A stretch of DNA of 64,000 nucleotides, taken from the NCBI RefSeq assembly GCF_009914755.1, contig NC_060925.1; one strand, written 5' to 3'. Position numbers and translations under genes: made by a program. This document shows, in pieces, positions 1 through 16,813 of this stretch. Below the pieces are notes generated by a model that did no database searches, was not told the DNA's origin, and saw nothing but the letters and a program-made list of their open reading frames with translations. Within the stretch, counting starts at the first letter, position 1; every line of letters begins with the position of its first letter. Source of the stretch: the human T2T-CHM13v2.0 reference genome, Homo sapiens.

Positions 1-3000
1 GCAGGATGTTTCCTCCACCACCTGCAGCTTCACAACCAACGGTGATCCTGGGAACCAATGGCCCTTCCAAGGTAGGGAAGGAAAGGGGACCAGGAAGCTC
101 TCATCCGGGTGTCCTGGTCATGGTGCTGTGAGGGGAGGAGGCAATGGGGTCTCTTCGTGCTCCCTCAGAGTCAAGCAGAAATCCACAATGTTCCAACCCA
201 GTGAGGTGAGCAAGAGCCTGGGGTTTAGGATCAAATCTGCTCTCAGGTCCTGGGCTTAACCCTTACTCATTATTCATCTCGGCCAAGTTATTTGTGGTGT
301 TGGCATTTACATCTCAGTCCTGTCATCTGAGAGACCTGAAAAATAATATCTACATTCCATCATTGTTGATAACATTAATTATGATAATTTCCAAAGGGCT
401 AATTCAGTAAAAATTGCTTAATAAATCTATGAATAGATGTTATCTAATTCTGTTATCTTTCTGGTAAGTTAGCACTCAGGAAATGACTTCACGTGCATTG
501 TTTCAACTGAGGAAGAGTAACTGTTAGGATCTCTACTTTCTAGAGACTCCCTTCCTGTGTTTACTTAGAAAGTATCTTTTGCCAGTTTTCTTTCTCTTCC
601 TCAGCATCCCTTTTTAAGTCAATTTCCCCCGGTCATGCACTTCAGTAACAACCTATTAGGCACATTAGTAAAAGTGCAAATCCTGGGCCCACAAGTCAGT
701 CTCCTGACATACCCAGCTTCTTGCTCTGTTTTCTCCCCTCGTTTTGAAATAAAAGAATGAAAGGGCAACCTTCTCATGGAAAGGGTATAAATCTGTCTCT
801 TTTATGAAACTCCATTTAGTTCATCATCTCCATTCATGCCCACGGCCATGTCCTCAGTTTTCTTCTCACAGGGATCCACTTCTGCCCAGATTTCCTTAAA
901 ACCCTGGGTTGTGTTCATCCTTACTCTCCGTCCCACTCAATATCTACTCCTGGAGCCCCTGGGGCTGCCTGGTGCTCATCTGTCAATCGATGCCCCCAGC
1001 CGAGGAATAAGGAGACCCACGTCCTCAGGAGGAGGGAGGGTCACGTGAGATAACGAGCACCATCTGGGTCCATGGAGAGGACACATGGAAAACGCTCAGT
1101 GAGTGTCGGGGGATGCGTAGTCCCTGACACGTGCCCTGATAACTTTGAGTATTTAAACTGATTTCTTCCCACTGGTGTCTCTTTTGCTTCTCCATGGATT
1201 CCTGCACCCCTAGTCAGGACTCACCCCGCTGGCTCCAACACTCTTACCTGCTGGCTTTCCCAGGAGTCCGGATCACTAACCAGGTTCCAGGCAAGAGGAC
1301 AGAGTGAATGCCTTTTGTTTCATTGTCCTTTACCTGGTGACTTCTCCTTGCTGTCTAATAGGGCATTTGTTTCTCACCATGTCTTCTCTCTCTCGTTCAT
1401 CTTATTTTTCTAAAATTTTTTCCAGTTTCAGTGGACCAGATTATAATGTTAGTGATTATAACGCTAATTCAACATCTTCCACATCCTTATGTAACAATTT
1501 CTTCCAATAGATTTATATATATAAATATATGCATTTATGTCATTGGATATATATATTATGCATATTTGGCATGTATTTTTAATAAAATGTAGATATATGC
1601 TACATACATATCTGCATGCTCATTTCATCAATATCTCATGTTTAGTCTATCCAATTCTTTTCTCTCATATGTTCATTTAATGTTGAGTTTTAGAATCTCC
1701 TCCCTCCCAAAACACAGCCTGTATCCAGTCTGACTTCCTTGCCTTTGCCTTATCTACCTGGAAACTATTTGTGTTTATTAATCCTAAATTTTTTGAATAT
1801 GTTTGTCAGTTGGGATCACCTTTTCCTCCTGGCAATCTTGTCATTACTGGGTGATGCATGAAAAATCAACAATACAGAAAATACCAAAATGTCTTTCCTG
1901 GCTTCCCTTTACCCGTTGGACTTTCTCATTCAAGACCACTTTCCTTCTCTGATGATCCTCTTGGGTGGAAGAGAAAGTCACAGTAAGATCATGGATGACA
2001 GTGAACACTGTTGGGTGTGGTTTCATTTTCAGAGCTGGGTTTAGAGCCTTCCCTTGAATGAAGAACCCTCCCCAGCTGGAAGGTGATGCTATTGAAGGCT
2101 CAGCTGACAACATACATGGGCATCAAGTCATTGGCCACATTCATGCCTCAAGTGTCCTAAAACCGAAGATGATCAAAAGAAAACTGCTGTTCAGCAAGTG
2201 GAGACTGGCATGCAGATTCCCTGGCCTGCAAGCTTAGAGCAGGAAGATAATCACATCTATGGCTCTTAGCTGCACTCACTCCTTATTCCTCTCTGTCTAT
2301 GATGACAGCTCCTTCTCCCACTGCTTTTTTCTTCTGTATTTGTTCTCTCCAGCAGCTGCTGTCACCTCTGTCTGGTATTACCTCTGTGTCCCATGGGCTG
2401 CCATGCTGCCAGGTCCTTCTGATCCCCATCCCCTGAACTCTGCTCTCTGAACTCTGCTCTGTTCCCACTGCTGTTGTCCTAAGAGTCCCTCTCATGGCCG
2501 CAGGAGAGCCCAACTTCCTTGTCCCCCTCCAAGTGCATGGTGTGAGCTGCTAAACACAGGGTTCTTTGCCTGGAATTGCACGGCTTGAGTAATTTGCCTT
2601 TCCTTTCTGCATCCCAAACTCCATTGCCCCTTTCTGCCAGGAGCATTGCTTTAATACGTCATTTACACACAGATTTTTCTCTTGGGACAGCTTTTGAGCA
2701 ACACAACTAAGTCAAACTGTAACCCTCACCTTGTACATGGGAATGAGAAGTGTTAAAACTGAGCACTAAGAACTCCAAATCAAAAACTAAATTAGAACCT
2801 GGGTCACAGACGAGAGTTCCCTACTAGCCTGGAGTCAGGTGTGTCTTCATCTCTAGATGGGCAACCTTATGCCAGCGTGGATGAAGTTTCCAGGGACTGT
2901 GTCTGCTCTTCATGGAGTCACTTAGCTGACATTAACTGGAGAACATTTATGACATTCCAAAGGGACCTCAGCCAAAGATAGATGCAGAGGGCAGGGCAGG

Positions 3001-3379
3001 ACTTTGAACCTGCGTAGACCACAAAGTGCATTCTCACCTCTGTCCTTTTTATTCACGTATTTACTTCTACAAGCTCAGTTAGAGTCTAAAACACAACTCA
3101 GGTGAATCTTGAGGACAGAGAAATAAGAGAGCATTTAATGAATTAACTTTGAGAAAAGTGAGTTCAGGGGCCAGCTTTATGTCTACACAAGATGATAGAC
3201 AAGAACCTATCTACAGGACAGACTTTGCCTCAGACCAGCCCAAGTGAGAGATTTAATTGAAATAGTCAGAAGAAAGACTAAAATCCACAGAGCCACAGAG
3301 AATGAAGGCAATCACGAGAGAAATGAGGGGATAGGAAAGAAAATGATGAGAAATCAGGTTGGTTCATTCATTGTCTCTA

Positions 3380-3550
3380 AATCCTGCTACCATGTAATAA
3401 GCACCTGGTGAGATTTCAATAAAGATGAATGCCTTGAACTGACATCTTGAGATTCTCACTTAAATGGTCTGGGGTGTGATGTGAGCATCAGTACCTTTAA
3501 AAAACTTCCATGATATTCTAATATACAACTGAAGATGACAAGGACCACTG
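3380..3550. mobile_element. MER5-like DNA transposon remnant
   Basis: Motifs GGTCTGGGGTGTG..GAGCATCAGTACCTTTAAAAAACTTCC..ATTCTAAT..GACCACTG resemble MER5A; old and degenerate. Confidence 0.45.
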
Positions 3551-3865
3551 GTCTACTCTGACCTCAGGTTTTCAACATGGAGATGACCACTTGTGTGGCT
3601 ACTCCACACAAAAGGCGGAATATCCATCAGACATTGATGGGATCTGTATTCACCTCTCAACAGTAGTATTTGTAGAACGTAGAAAAAAATTAAAAAGAAA
3701 AACAAGAAAATAGATGGATTAGACCTGTAGTCTCTCTACTTAAAGCACACTTGCTTAATTTTGAGTACAAGTAAAATAAGAAATAGTCATTGTATTGAAA
3801 CCCAGTATACAGAAAACAATACCTCGTATATTACTCATATTCAGATTTAGTATTTTCTTTTAAAT

Positions 3866-4170
3866 TTTATTTTATTTTATTTTATTTTTAAGACAGAGTC
3901 TCTCTCTGTCACCCAGGCTGGAATGCAGTGGCGCAGTCTCGGCTCACTGCAACTTCTGTCTTGCGGCTTCAACAATTCTCATGCCTCAGCCTTCTGGGTA
4001 GCTGGGATTACAGGTGCCTGCCACCACACTTGGCTAAGTTTTGTATTTTCTAGTAGAGGCATGGTTTCACCATGTTGGCAAGGCTGGTCTCGAACTTCTG
4101 GCCTCAAGTGATCCATCCACCTCTGCCTCCCAAAGAGCTGGTATTTAGGCATGAGCCATCATGCCCAGCC
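3866..4170 (-). mobile_element. Alu (S/J type)
   Basis: (TTTTA)n tail followed by antisense Alu consensus ending CATGCCCAGCC. Confidence 0.9.
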
Positions 4171-4329
4171 TTCTTTTCAATTTTAAAATAAATCCTGCAG
4201 TTTACATTTCCACACACTGATTCCACAGCCCATGAATGGGTTCGGCACTGCAATGTAAAAATTCTGCTTTGCTCAATTCTTGTCATTCAGCCAAGTCCTC
4301 AGAGAGAACTCGTAGGTCTCACTCCACTA

Positions 4330-4728
<399 letters not shown>

Positions 4729-7700
4729 CTACCCTTGATGCTGGCAAGAAATTCTAAAAAGAAATCTTTCCCAACAAACCACTCTGGGAAAAATGTAACA
4801 GGGAGAGGAGAATGTAATAAAACACAAACTAATCCTTTTCACTTTCTACTTCAGAGTTTTGTTGATCAGATATTGAGCATGTTTCTAGAAATGCCTTAAG
4901 GTGTAACCAGGTGTGGAATCAACTTCAGGGAATTAGGGATAATAAGTTGGGCCATGGTTACAATCACCACCCTTCCTTTGTAATTCCATTTGACTCTTTC
5001 CTTTTCTTCTGATCCTTTTTGGAAGAACACATAATATTTCTTTTGTCTTTTTCTCATTTTTTATTTTAACCAACAAAACAAGCAGCAGTGACATCATATT
5101 TCTTTGTAAAAGCTCATTCCTATCCTAGCCAAGGTGACCCAGCAACCTCTAGTGACTGTCGAGAACTCCAGATTGGAGAATTGACTCTCCCTTCTCTCTA
5201 ACTTATTGAAAGAGACTTCGTGCGTGGGTTCTAGTTTCAGGGTTGTCCATTGCAAGTCATGTGGCTTTAGTTAAGTCAGCCCTGTGGCATCACTGCTCCT
5301 CTGTTGTAAAAGGCAGAACTGGATGTGGATGCGGTCTGAGGTCCTTCCTGTATCTCACCTCCAGGGTTCTTCCCATGGCCCTGCGCACCCTTCCCTAAGA
5401 GACGGGGACATGGAGTTGTAAGGGAGTGGGTTTCTCTGCAAAAGGTCCTTTCCTTCTGCAGCCCTCTGTTTCTGAGCTTTCATGGTTGATGCTGAGAACA
5501 TCCTCACTGAGGGGTGTGAAAAGCCATTACTCTGCTCCAGACACTGGGGATCAGGAGGAAAGGGGCTGCTGGTTGGGCAGAGCTAGGGTCCCTATATCCT
5601 TCACCTCAAGCTGACTGGAAGTTCAGGGGTGTTTATTTTTCACTTGCGGATGGCACTTGCCTCTTCACTCAGCCTGAGGCTCACCCTTCAGCTCATCCTC
5701 CTAGCAGGAGCTCAGTTTGCCCCTGGGCTATCACCACTTAACAGTCCCTCTAGACTCAGCCATCAGCAGGACCTGACAAAGATGCCCATTTGATCTTTCC
5801 TTCTCTCTCTCCTACAGATACTAAATGCTGCTGGAACAATGAAAAGAAAGAACGGATGTCACAAAAGCATTTTCATTTGATGAATAGAACTAAAAGAGCA
5901 AAGCAATTGAAAGCTCAACACAACACAGGAGGGATCCATGGCTGAGGATTGTATTTCAGAACCACTGACTGCTCTTGACAATTGTTAACCCACTAGGCTC
6001 CTTTGGTTAGAGAAGCCACAGTCCTTCAGCCTCCACTTGATACCAATACTTAGGAAGACCAAAGCCAGATGGACAAACAGCATTGAGAGGCTTTAGCCCT
6101 ACTCCTCTCAGCTTCCATCCTGTAGAGAACAGGAGTCAGGAGCTGCTGGCAGGAGACAGCATGTCACTTGGGACTCTGCCAGTGCAGAATATGAACAATG
6201 CCATGTTCTTGCTAAAAATGCTTAGCTTGAGTTTCATAGGAGGTAATCACCAGATAGACAACTGCAGAATGCAGAATACTGAGCAGGACAATAACCTGTC
6301 TCCTTCAGACAGTCCATGTCACCACGAATCACACAATAAAAAGGAGAAAAGACATTTTGGGTTCAAAAAAACTAAAAAGATAATGTAGCTATATTTCTTT
6401 AGTTATTTTGAACCCAAAGTATCTCCTCATCTTTTTGTTGTTGTCATTGATGGTAGGGACATGGACTTGTTTGTAGAGGACAGGTCAGCTGTCTGGCTCA
6501 ATGTCCTACAAGAGACAGGGGGGACATGGAAGCGTACAGCTATATTTGTGGATTAGTCTAGCTATCTGTTCAGTATTTAAAGTTGTTGTTGCATAGATAT
6601 TTATGACTTTTGTCAGGGGAGGGTTTGGTGGATTGGTCCTTTCATCATTTTATAACGTCCCTTTCTCTCTCTGATTAGTTTCTTTGTTCTGAAATATACT
6701 ATATCTGGCATTAATATAGCCAGTCTTCCTTTCCTTTAGCTAATGTTTGCATGATATATCTTTTTCCATCCTTTTGATTTCAACTTGCCTGTATCATCAT
6801 ATTTGAAGGTAGTCTCTTTGTAGCCAGGATGTAGTTGGGTCATGTCCATTAACCTACTCTGCCAATCTCTGTCTTGTAATTGGTGTACTTAGCCCATTGA
6901 TATTTAATGTGATGATTGATATGGTAGGGCTTAAGTCTGCCATTTTATTTTTCCTTTTCTGTTTGTTCTCTCTGGTTTCATTTTCTGGATATGCTTTATT
7001 TTTCTTACCTGCTGTGGTGACTTGAACATCTTTGAGAATGGTGTTTTGCCTTATCCATAGTATTTTTTAGTATATGCGTTTGTATAGCCCTCTTGGTTTT
7101 TCCAGGTATATATATATATATATTTATATGTCTGTGCATCTATATCTGACCACATGGTATACTGGTGTCATTGTTTCACCAGTTGAGTGAACGATAGACG
7201 AGCAACCTTCTATATAGGTCTCTTTACCCTTCCAGTTTATAATTGTTTCCAACATTTTCTGTATGTAGAGTTAGAACCACATCGAATGGTTCTATGATTT
7301 TTTTTCTGAAACCGTCAAGCATAGTTTAGAAAACACAAGAGGAGAAAGAAGGCCTATTTTGCTCACTGTTTTTTAAAATTTTCTTTCTGACATCCCAAGT
7401 TTCCTTCTTTAATCATTTCCTTTCTGTCTGGAGAACTCCCTTTAGCCTTTCTTTTAAGGCAGAACTGCTGGTCAAAGATTCCCTTAGCTTTTCTTAATCT
7501 GGAACTGTTTTGATCTTCCCCTTAATTCCTGAAAGATGTTTCTGTTGGACAGAGGAGTCTGGGCTGACAATTATTTTCTTTCATGGCTTGAAAAGCACTG
7601 CACAACTTCTTTCTGCCTCCATGGTTTCTGATGAGAAATCCATCATCACCGGAATTGTTTTTCCTTTCTAGGTAAGGTGTCACCTTTCTCTGTTGTTTTC

Positions 7701-9759
7701 CGGATATTTTCCTTGTCTTTCTTTTCCAACATTTTATTTTGTCACGTGTCTTGCCATAGACCTCTTTGGGTTTTATCCTATTTAGGGTTCTCACAGCTTA
7801 TTGAGCCTGTAGGTTTATGTCTTTTGCCAACTCTGGGAAGCTTTCGGCCATTTACTTCTTTGAGTATGTTTTCAGCCTTGTCTTCTTCCTCTTCCCCTTC
7901 CAGACACTGATAACAACATGAAAGTGAGAACTTTTGAGGTAGTTTCACAGGTCCCTGAGGTTCTGTTCACTTTCCCCCCCAGTCTATTTTCTCCCTGTTA
8001 GGATTCTGTAATTTCTGTTTTTCTCATCTGCAGTATATGAATTTGTTTGCTCCACACCATCCATTCTGCTGCTGAGCCTATCTGCTGGACTTTTTATTTT
8101 AGTTGCATTTTTCACTTCTAATACTTCCATTTGGTTCTTATTTATGTCTTGTATTTATTTGCTGAGTCTTTCTACTTGTCCATTTGTTTCAAGTGTTCTT
8201 ATAAGTACTCATTAAATCATTTCATTAGGCTTGCCTGCTTTAAACTCTTTGTCAGACAATCCCAACACCTCTCTCATCTCATTGCCAGCGTGTATTTGCT
8301 GTCTATTTTCATTCAGTATGAGATTTTCCTAGTTCTTGGTATGATGAATGATTTTCAATTGAAACTTGGACTTTTGGGTGTTATGTTATCAGAGTTTCGA
8401 TTTTATTGAAACCTTCTGTTTTAACTACCTTTTTTTGAGTCTGTTTCTGCAGGGGAAGAAGAGTGGTGCCATCTCATTGTAGCCAGGTGTGTGTAAAAAT
8501 CCAGGTTTCTCATCTGACTGACCTCTGTTGACACCCTGAGTGGAGGAGCTGCTAAGGTAGGAGAGGGAGTTCCAGCAGCCCACTCCTCCTCCACTGCTAC
8601 ATCCCTGGCTGGGTGGGTAGGAGTGCTTCATTACTGCTTTCCACGTGGCCTCCAGTGACACCACAGGACAAGGGCAGCCTTATTACTGCTGGGTGGATGA
8701 AAGTCCTGACTCTCCACCAGGACTCCTCTGATACCAGCCTAGCAGACAGAGGGAGAGGTGCCTCATGACCATCTAATGAAGTCTAGGCTCCAAATGTAGT
8801 TTCTATTGACAGGGAGGTAAACATATTATCACCTGGCAGGGATGATGATGACAGCCCCAGCTTCCTCCTCTAACATCTGTCATTGAAATTGTTTTTCCCC
8901 TCTAGGTAAGATGTCGTCTTTCTCTGTTGCTTTTGAGGTATTTTCTCTGTCTTTAGTTTCCAGCATTTTAGTCATTGTGTGTCTCATGATAAATAAAATG
9001 CTGGAACCTAAAGAACCCCCGGGGCAAGGTGGGGGTTTAGCATATGTCATTATACCTGCGCAAGTGTGAAACCCGAAGCCCCTCACTGGGATTTTGCTAG
9101 CTTTTATGTTGATGCAGCCACAGCTTTTCTTCCACGGTGCTTGACCTGAGGAAACTGATGATCGTATATGTGTCTTGTCTTGCTAGACTGCCCCTTTGCT
9201 GATCCTTTGCCTAGAGAGAGCAAGATTGTATTGGGGTTTGCTGGATCTGTAGCCATTGGTATTTCTGGGTTGCCATCTCCTTTGGCTCTACATCTAGGAT
9301 GTATGCGGGGGCATGGAGGAATCCTGGGAACTCATCTCCTGGCTTTCTGTGGGTCTTGAGGAAGCCAGATGGCCTCCTACCTTCTCTTTGCCCTTCAGTC
9401 TTCCTATGTTTGTTGTATGTACAATGCCCAAGGTTTTTAGATGTAATGAGCAGGAAGAATAGGGCAAAGTTCATCTATTCCACCTTCCCAGTGTATGCCT
9501 GTGATTTCCCTGTCTTGCCTTATTGATTTGGGTAGGATTGTCATGTGAAATATCAGTGGTGAGCGTGGTCTTCCTTGCTTAGTTCCCAGTCCTAGAGGGA
9601 AAGCATGTGGTCTTTCACCATGAGGTAAGAAGTTAACTGTGAATTTTTTTGTAAGTTGTCTTTATCGAGCTGACAAAGTCCTGTGTTCCTATGTTTCTGA
9701 TAGTTGTAAAACATTCTCTTTCTTCCCTTCTTTCTATTTTTTCTTATTTCTGTTGTTTG

Positions 9760-10052
9760 TTTTGTTTTTTTGAGATGGAGCCTCGCTTTGTCACCCAGGT
9801 TGGAGTGCAGTGGCGTGATTTCGGTTCACTGCAAATTCCACCTCCCAGGTCCAAGCAATTCTCTGCTTCAGCCTCCTCGTAGCTGGGATTAACAGGCACC
9901 TGCCACCATGCCCAGCTAATTTTTGTATTTTTAGTAGAGATGGGGTTTTGCCATGTTGACTAGGCTGGTCTCGAACTGTTGACCTCAGGTGATCCACCCA
10001 CCTTGGCCTCCCAAAGTTCTGGGATTACAGGCATGAGCCAAAGAGCCTGGCC
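9760..10052 (-). mobile_element. AluS
   Basis: Antisense Alu consensus with T-rich tail. Confidence 0.9.
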
Positions 10053-10236
10053 TCCCTTCTTTATTTCTATCATGAATAGATGTTGAATTTGTCAAATGAT
10101 TTTTCTTCATTGACTGATAAACATTTTTGTGGTCTGGTTTTGGAGTTGGGGTAATCATAGCTTTACAGAAATAGTCGAGAGGTGTTCCTTCATCTTCTAT
10201 TTTCTGGAACAGATTGTACAGAATTGATGTTAATTC

Positions 10237-10555
<319 letters not shown>

Positions 10556-10950
10556 TCAACCGTTTGGTAGAATTCTCCAGTGAAACCATCTGGACCTGGA
10601 GCTTTTCTTTCTGGAAATTTTAAAATTAGGAATCCAATTATTTTCATAGTTACAGAGCTACTCAGATGACCTGTTTTGCTTTAGGTAAGTTGTGGTAGTT
10701 GATACTTATGACAAATTTGTCCAATTCATCTGGGTTGTCAAATATATGTGTGTACAGAATTTTAAATAGTTTTTCCCTTATTATTATCCCTTTGATATCT
10801 GCAGTCTGTAATGAGTGTAGTCCCTCTTTCATCCTGATGTTCATAAGCTGACTTCTTTTTTTCTTTGTCAAGTTTATTGATCTTTTCAAAGAGACAGCTT
10901 TATTTTCACTAGTTTCCCCTTTTGTTTTTTTCTGTTTTCAATGCCATTGA

Positions 10951-11417
<467 letters not shown>

Positions 11418-11427
11418 TAATTATTAT

Positions 11428-12320
<893 letters not shown>

Positions 12321-12559
12321 GGCACGACCTAAAGTTATGCAAGCATTTGCCTTAGATAAAATTTCAAGTTTTCAAAGTTGTTAGCTGGGTGGGCGGCATG
12401 GCTTTACTTCCTATTTCTTGGTATGTCCTAATCTTGTTGAAAAAGTTTTTCTTTTTCTCAAAGGCTTATTTCAGTGGAAGCCCATCTGCAAAATCTGTTA
12501 TTAATTTAAATTAGAAAATCACTACAAGTCCCACTGACATGTGGGTTATTGTTTTTGCG

Positions 12560-13780
12560 AGTGACCTAAGGCCACCTCTCGGGGGAGCTGGGGGTTGCCT
12601 TCCCACGTCTGCGCGTCTGCACCCCATGCCCGGGCCTGGAAGTCAGACTCGGGGGCGGTGCTGCAGCACCAGGCCTGCAGTCCTAAGCGCGGGGTCGCTC
12701 CGGGCCCCCGAGGGGGTGTGTCTTCTGCCCCTTTAACCTGGCAGGGGCGGTTCAAGTGGCCCTGGAAATCAGCGATTTGTAGGGTCAAGGGCTGGTGCTT
12801 TAAAAGAGAGGCGGAGGGGAGAGAGGGATTTCCCGGTCTCTGCTGCACTCTGTCTATCCGCTCGGTTACTCCTTTTCCTGGCCCGCGCGAACCCGCTGTG
12901 CCGCAGAGGCGGCCATGTACCTTTAAGGCCCCGCTGCGCCTGCGCCTTGGGCTCTCCTGACGCGCCGGGCGGGACCCTGAGGAGCCAGCTGGCGCAGGCT
13001 ATGGGCTGGGCGGCGGTTGAGACAGCGGCGGTATCGGGAGGGGTAGGTGAGGGTCGCGAGGCTGCGTGAGCATCTGAGTGAACGCGGTGCTTTTGGGAAC
13101 GCGGGACGGGCGACCTGTGGCGCCAGGAGCGGGCCGAGGCGTGGCGCACGGATGCCGTCTGGATGGGAAGTTACGGTTTACAGCGAAGTCCACCCAGCGT
13201 TTCCGAGGTGAAGGCGCCGCGCCAGGCCGGGCGGGCGGTGAGTCCGGGACCCGCGGGTACACAGCTGGGTCGAGCTGCGGCTGTCGCAAGTTTTGTTGCG
13301 AGCGACGGAGGGCGAGGCGGGGTGGGGGGTTGGGAGGGCGTGTGTTCCGGCCCCGCCGGGGCTTAAGTTCCATGCGTTGGATTCCTCGCTTGCCGCTGCC
13401 GCCCGCAGCCCTCCTTGGGCGCTGGGGAAGAAACTCGCTGGCGGGTGTTCTGTGGCATCTCAGGGGGTGGAGGGACGAGCAGCTTCGGGGGCACGTCCTC
13501 GTGTATCCTGTGGAGGACCCTGACCCCGCACCCCACCCTCGAGGCCAGAAATCGGTTGCCTCTGGGGACCTGAGAAGCGAGACCACTCGCGCCCCTGACT
13601 TGCAAAGTTGGGGTCTTTATTGGCCTCCGGGATTCTGCTCCTGGCGGTTTCTCCAGGCTGGTGATGGGCAAGCCGGGTGTACCAAGTCCAGGATGCACAT
13701 GAGGAGCGTTTGTAGCAGTCACTGAATCACCTCATGACTAGCGGGGCAGGCCTCTAATTCACCGCAGGATTTCCGGTAGG
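12560..13780 (+). promoter_or_regulatory. CpG-island promoter and first non-coding exon region of the NBPF gene
   Basis: Very high GC and CpG density. NRF1-like TGCGCCTGCGC at 12935-45, YY1-like GCGGCCATGT at 12909-18, GC boxes. Candidate donors TAG|GTGAGG (13046) and GCG|GTGAGT (13237); candidate exon 13657-13775. Confidence 0.75.
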
Positions 13781-14275
13781 TTGGATTGTGGGGTTGGTGT
13801 TTGCACTCCAAAGAGTTGCTGTGATTTCCCTGTATCTGTCTTTCTGGCTTGTTAGATCTTCTCATTTGGCGTCCTTTCTCCGAAGAGTTAACCAAGACGT
13901 TTGGCATGGTTTCCTTGCTTTCCTCCTATCTTTTGCTGCTAGAGCTGCTTTCGAAAAGAAGTCTTTTCTTGCAGTGGTATCTTTTCTTTGGGTTACAGTG
14001 TTGTTCATCCTTTCTTTGCCGAAAGAATGAATCCCAGTGCTTCACAAGGTTAAAGGAAAGATCTGCTGGTAGTGTTTAGTCTTTGTTCTGAGCTGATATG
14101 TGTTAGTAGCTTTTTGTTTTTAAATTTTATTAGTAAAATTTCACCAGTGAACCAGAAGCTCTTTTTTTCTGTTGTGAAATGCTAGCTTTAAGATTTCTGA
14201 GAACTTTGTGTCAAAGAAATCTTTGAAAAGTTACTGAAGTATACAGAGAGGTTCACAATTTTAAATGTGCAGGTG

Positions 14276-14557
14276 GTCCGGGCGCGGTAGATCACACCTG
14301 TAATCCCAGCACTTTGGGACGCCAAGGTGGGCGGATCACTTGAGCCCAGGATTTCCAGACCAGCCTGGGCAACGTGCCAAAACCCTATCTCTACTAAAAT
14401 TACAAAAGTTAGCTGTGTGTGGTGGTGTGTGCCTGTAGTCCCAGCTACCTGGTAGGCTGAGGTGGGAGGATCACCAGAGCCCAGGAGGTTGAGATTGCAG
14501 TGAGCCGTGATCATGGCAGTGCACTCCCGCCTGGGTGGCAGAGTGAGACCCTGTCTC

Positions 14558-14590
<33 letters not shown>
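14276..14590 (+). mobile_element. AluJ
   Basis: Alu with J-type features (CACTTGAGCCCAGGA) and a long A tail. Confidence 0.9.
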
Positions 14591-14593
<3 letters not shown>

Positions 14594-15109
14594 CAGGTAA
14601 TGAATTTTTACCAAGTGAACCACCACAGATCAAGAAATAGAACATTACTAGACTGGGGTATATTTGTAGGAGTGGCATTGTTGGTTTTAGAGGTATATGA
14701 ATGATAAAACTTAGTATTACATATTGTTGAACGTTTTCCCAAAGTGGTTGTACCATTTAGCAGGGATACTCTGGTTACCCCACATCCTTGCTGATGCCTG
14801 TCAGTTAAAAATTATTTTGCCATTCTAGTAGGGGTGCAGTAATGTATCAGTGTGATTTCATTTTGCATTTTCCTGGTATTGAGATTGAGTATCTTTTATT
14901 GTCATTTGTGTGTCCTCTTTTGTGAAGTGCCTGTTAAATCTTTTTATCCAGTTTTCATTGATATGCTTGTTTTTCTGTTGATTTGTAATACTTTTTTCTG
15001 GTTATGTGTCCTTTCTACGATATATATGTATTGCATTTCCCTTTTTTCAATCTGTAGCTTGCCTTTTCGCTCTTTTAATGGTGCTTATTCATGAATGGAG
15101 ATTCTCTAA

Positions 15110-15409
15110 CTTTTTTTTTCTTTTTGAGACAAGATCTCACTCTGTTGCCCAGGCTGGAGTGCAGTGGCACAATCACAGCTGACCGCAACCTTGACCTCCC
15201 AAGGCTCAGGTGATCCTCCTGCCTCAGCCCCCAAGTAGCTGGGACCTACAGGTGAGCACCACCACACTCAGCTCTTTTCTGTATTTTTAGTAGAGATGGG
15301 GTTTTGCCACATTGCATAGGCTGGTCTGGAATTCCTGGTCTCAGGTGAGACATCTGCCTCGGCCTCCCAAAGTGTTGGGATTACAGGCATGAGCCACTGC
15401 ACCCAGCCT
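15110..15409 (-). mobile_element. AluJ
   Basis: Antisense Alu consensus. Confidence 0.88.
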
Positions 15410-15566
15410 GAGATTCTTAATTTTAATGAAATTATACTTTATCAATCTTTTCCTTTATGGTTAGTGCTTTTTGTGTCCTGTTTAAGAAATCAATGCCGAA
15501 CCTAGGAGTATGAACACATTTTTCTGTGTTAACCTTATAGCAATTTTATTTTAGTTTTTGCATTTC

Positions 15567-15859
15567 TTTTTTTTTTTCAGACAGGGCCTCACTCTATTGC
15601 CCAGGCTAGAGTGCCGTGGCAGGATCTCAGCTCACTGCAACCTCCACCTCCTGGCTCAAGCGATCCTCCCACCTCAGCCTCCTGAGTAGCTGCGACTATA
15701 GGAGTGTGCCACCATGCCTGGCTTAATTTTCATATTTTTTGTAGAGATTGGGATTCAACATGTTTCCCAGGTTGGTCTCAAACTCTTGGGCTCAAGTAAT
15801 CTTCCCACTTCAACCTCCCAGAGTGTGGGGATTACAGGCATGAGCCACCCCACCCGGCT
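15567..15859 (-). mobile_element. AluJ
   Basis: Antisense Alu consensus. Confidence 0.88.
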
Positions 15860-16514
15860 ATGATTCACTTTTTACTACATGGATGTGTCTGCTTGATCCA
15901 GCACCATTTATTGAAAAGACTATCCTTTTCCTTCTGCACTGTTTGGCACTTTTTTTCTTAAATCGGATGACTGCATGGTCATCCAATTTATGAAATTAGT
16001 GTGGGTCTGTTTCTGTTTCTGGACCAACCTGGGCAATATAGTGAGATCCCATCTCTACAAAAAATAAAAATAATAAATAAATGAGTAAAATTTAAAAAAT
16101 AAGTGCATAGAGCAGATGGAGTCATAGGTGATAATTTATAAATGATTGTCAGTTTCTTGGCTACATACGGGTGTTGGTAATTCAGATGTGTTGGGCATTC
16201 AGGGAAAATGTATTAAGGGAAGTATGTGGTGTTCACAGTGATTGCTAGATGTTCATTGTGACTTGAATTAGATGTTATTTGAGCCTCACAGAGCTACAGT
16301 CTTGACTCTTTATTTATTTATCTTTTTTACAATTTTTACAATCTTCCTGTCAAGGCAGTAACTCTTTTATACTTCATTGTTCTTAGGTATACTTAATTAC
16401 CAGGAAAACTTTATGGATCGTACCTAAATAAGCGTTAAGCCATTTAAAGGGCCGACGTGATGTGATGTAAACAATAGTATTCTACATAATAGTTTTAGGA
16501 CTACATCGAACAAT

Positions 16515-16813
<299 letters not shown>

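Noticed and set aside
12539-13725. Several long overlapping ORFs (up to 215 aa) on both strands
   Set aside because: They lie in the CpG island, are Arg/Gly/Pro/Ala-rich, resemble no family I know, and are expected from stop-codon scarcity in GC-rich DNA.
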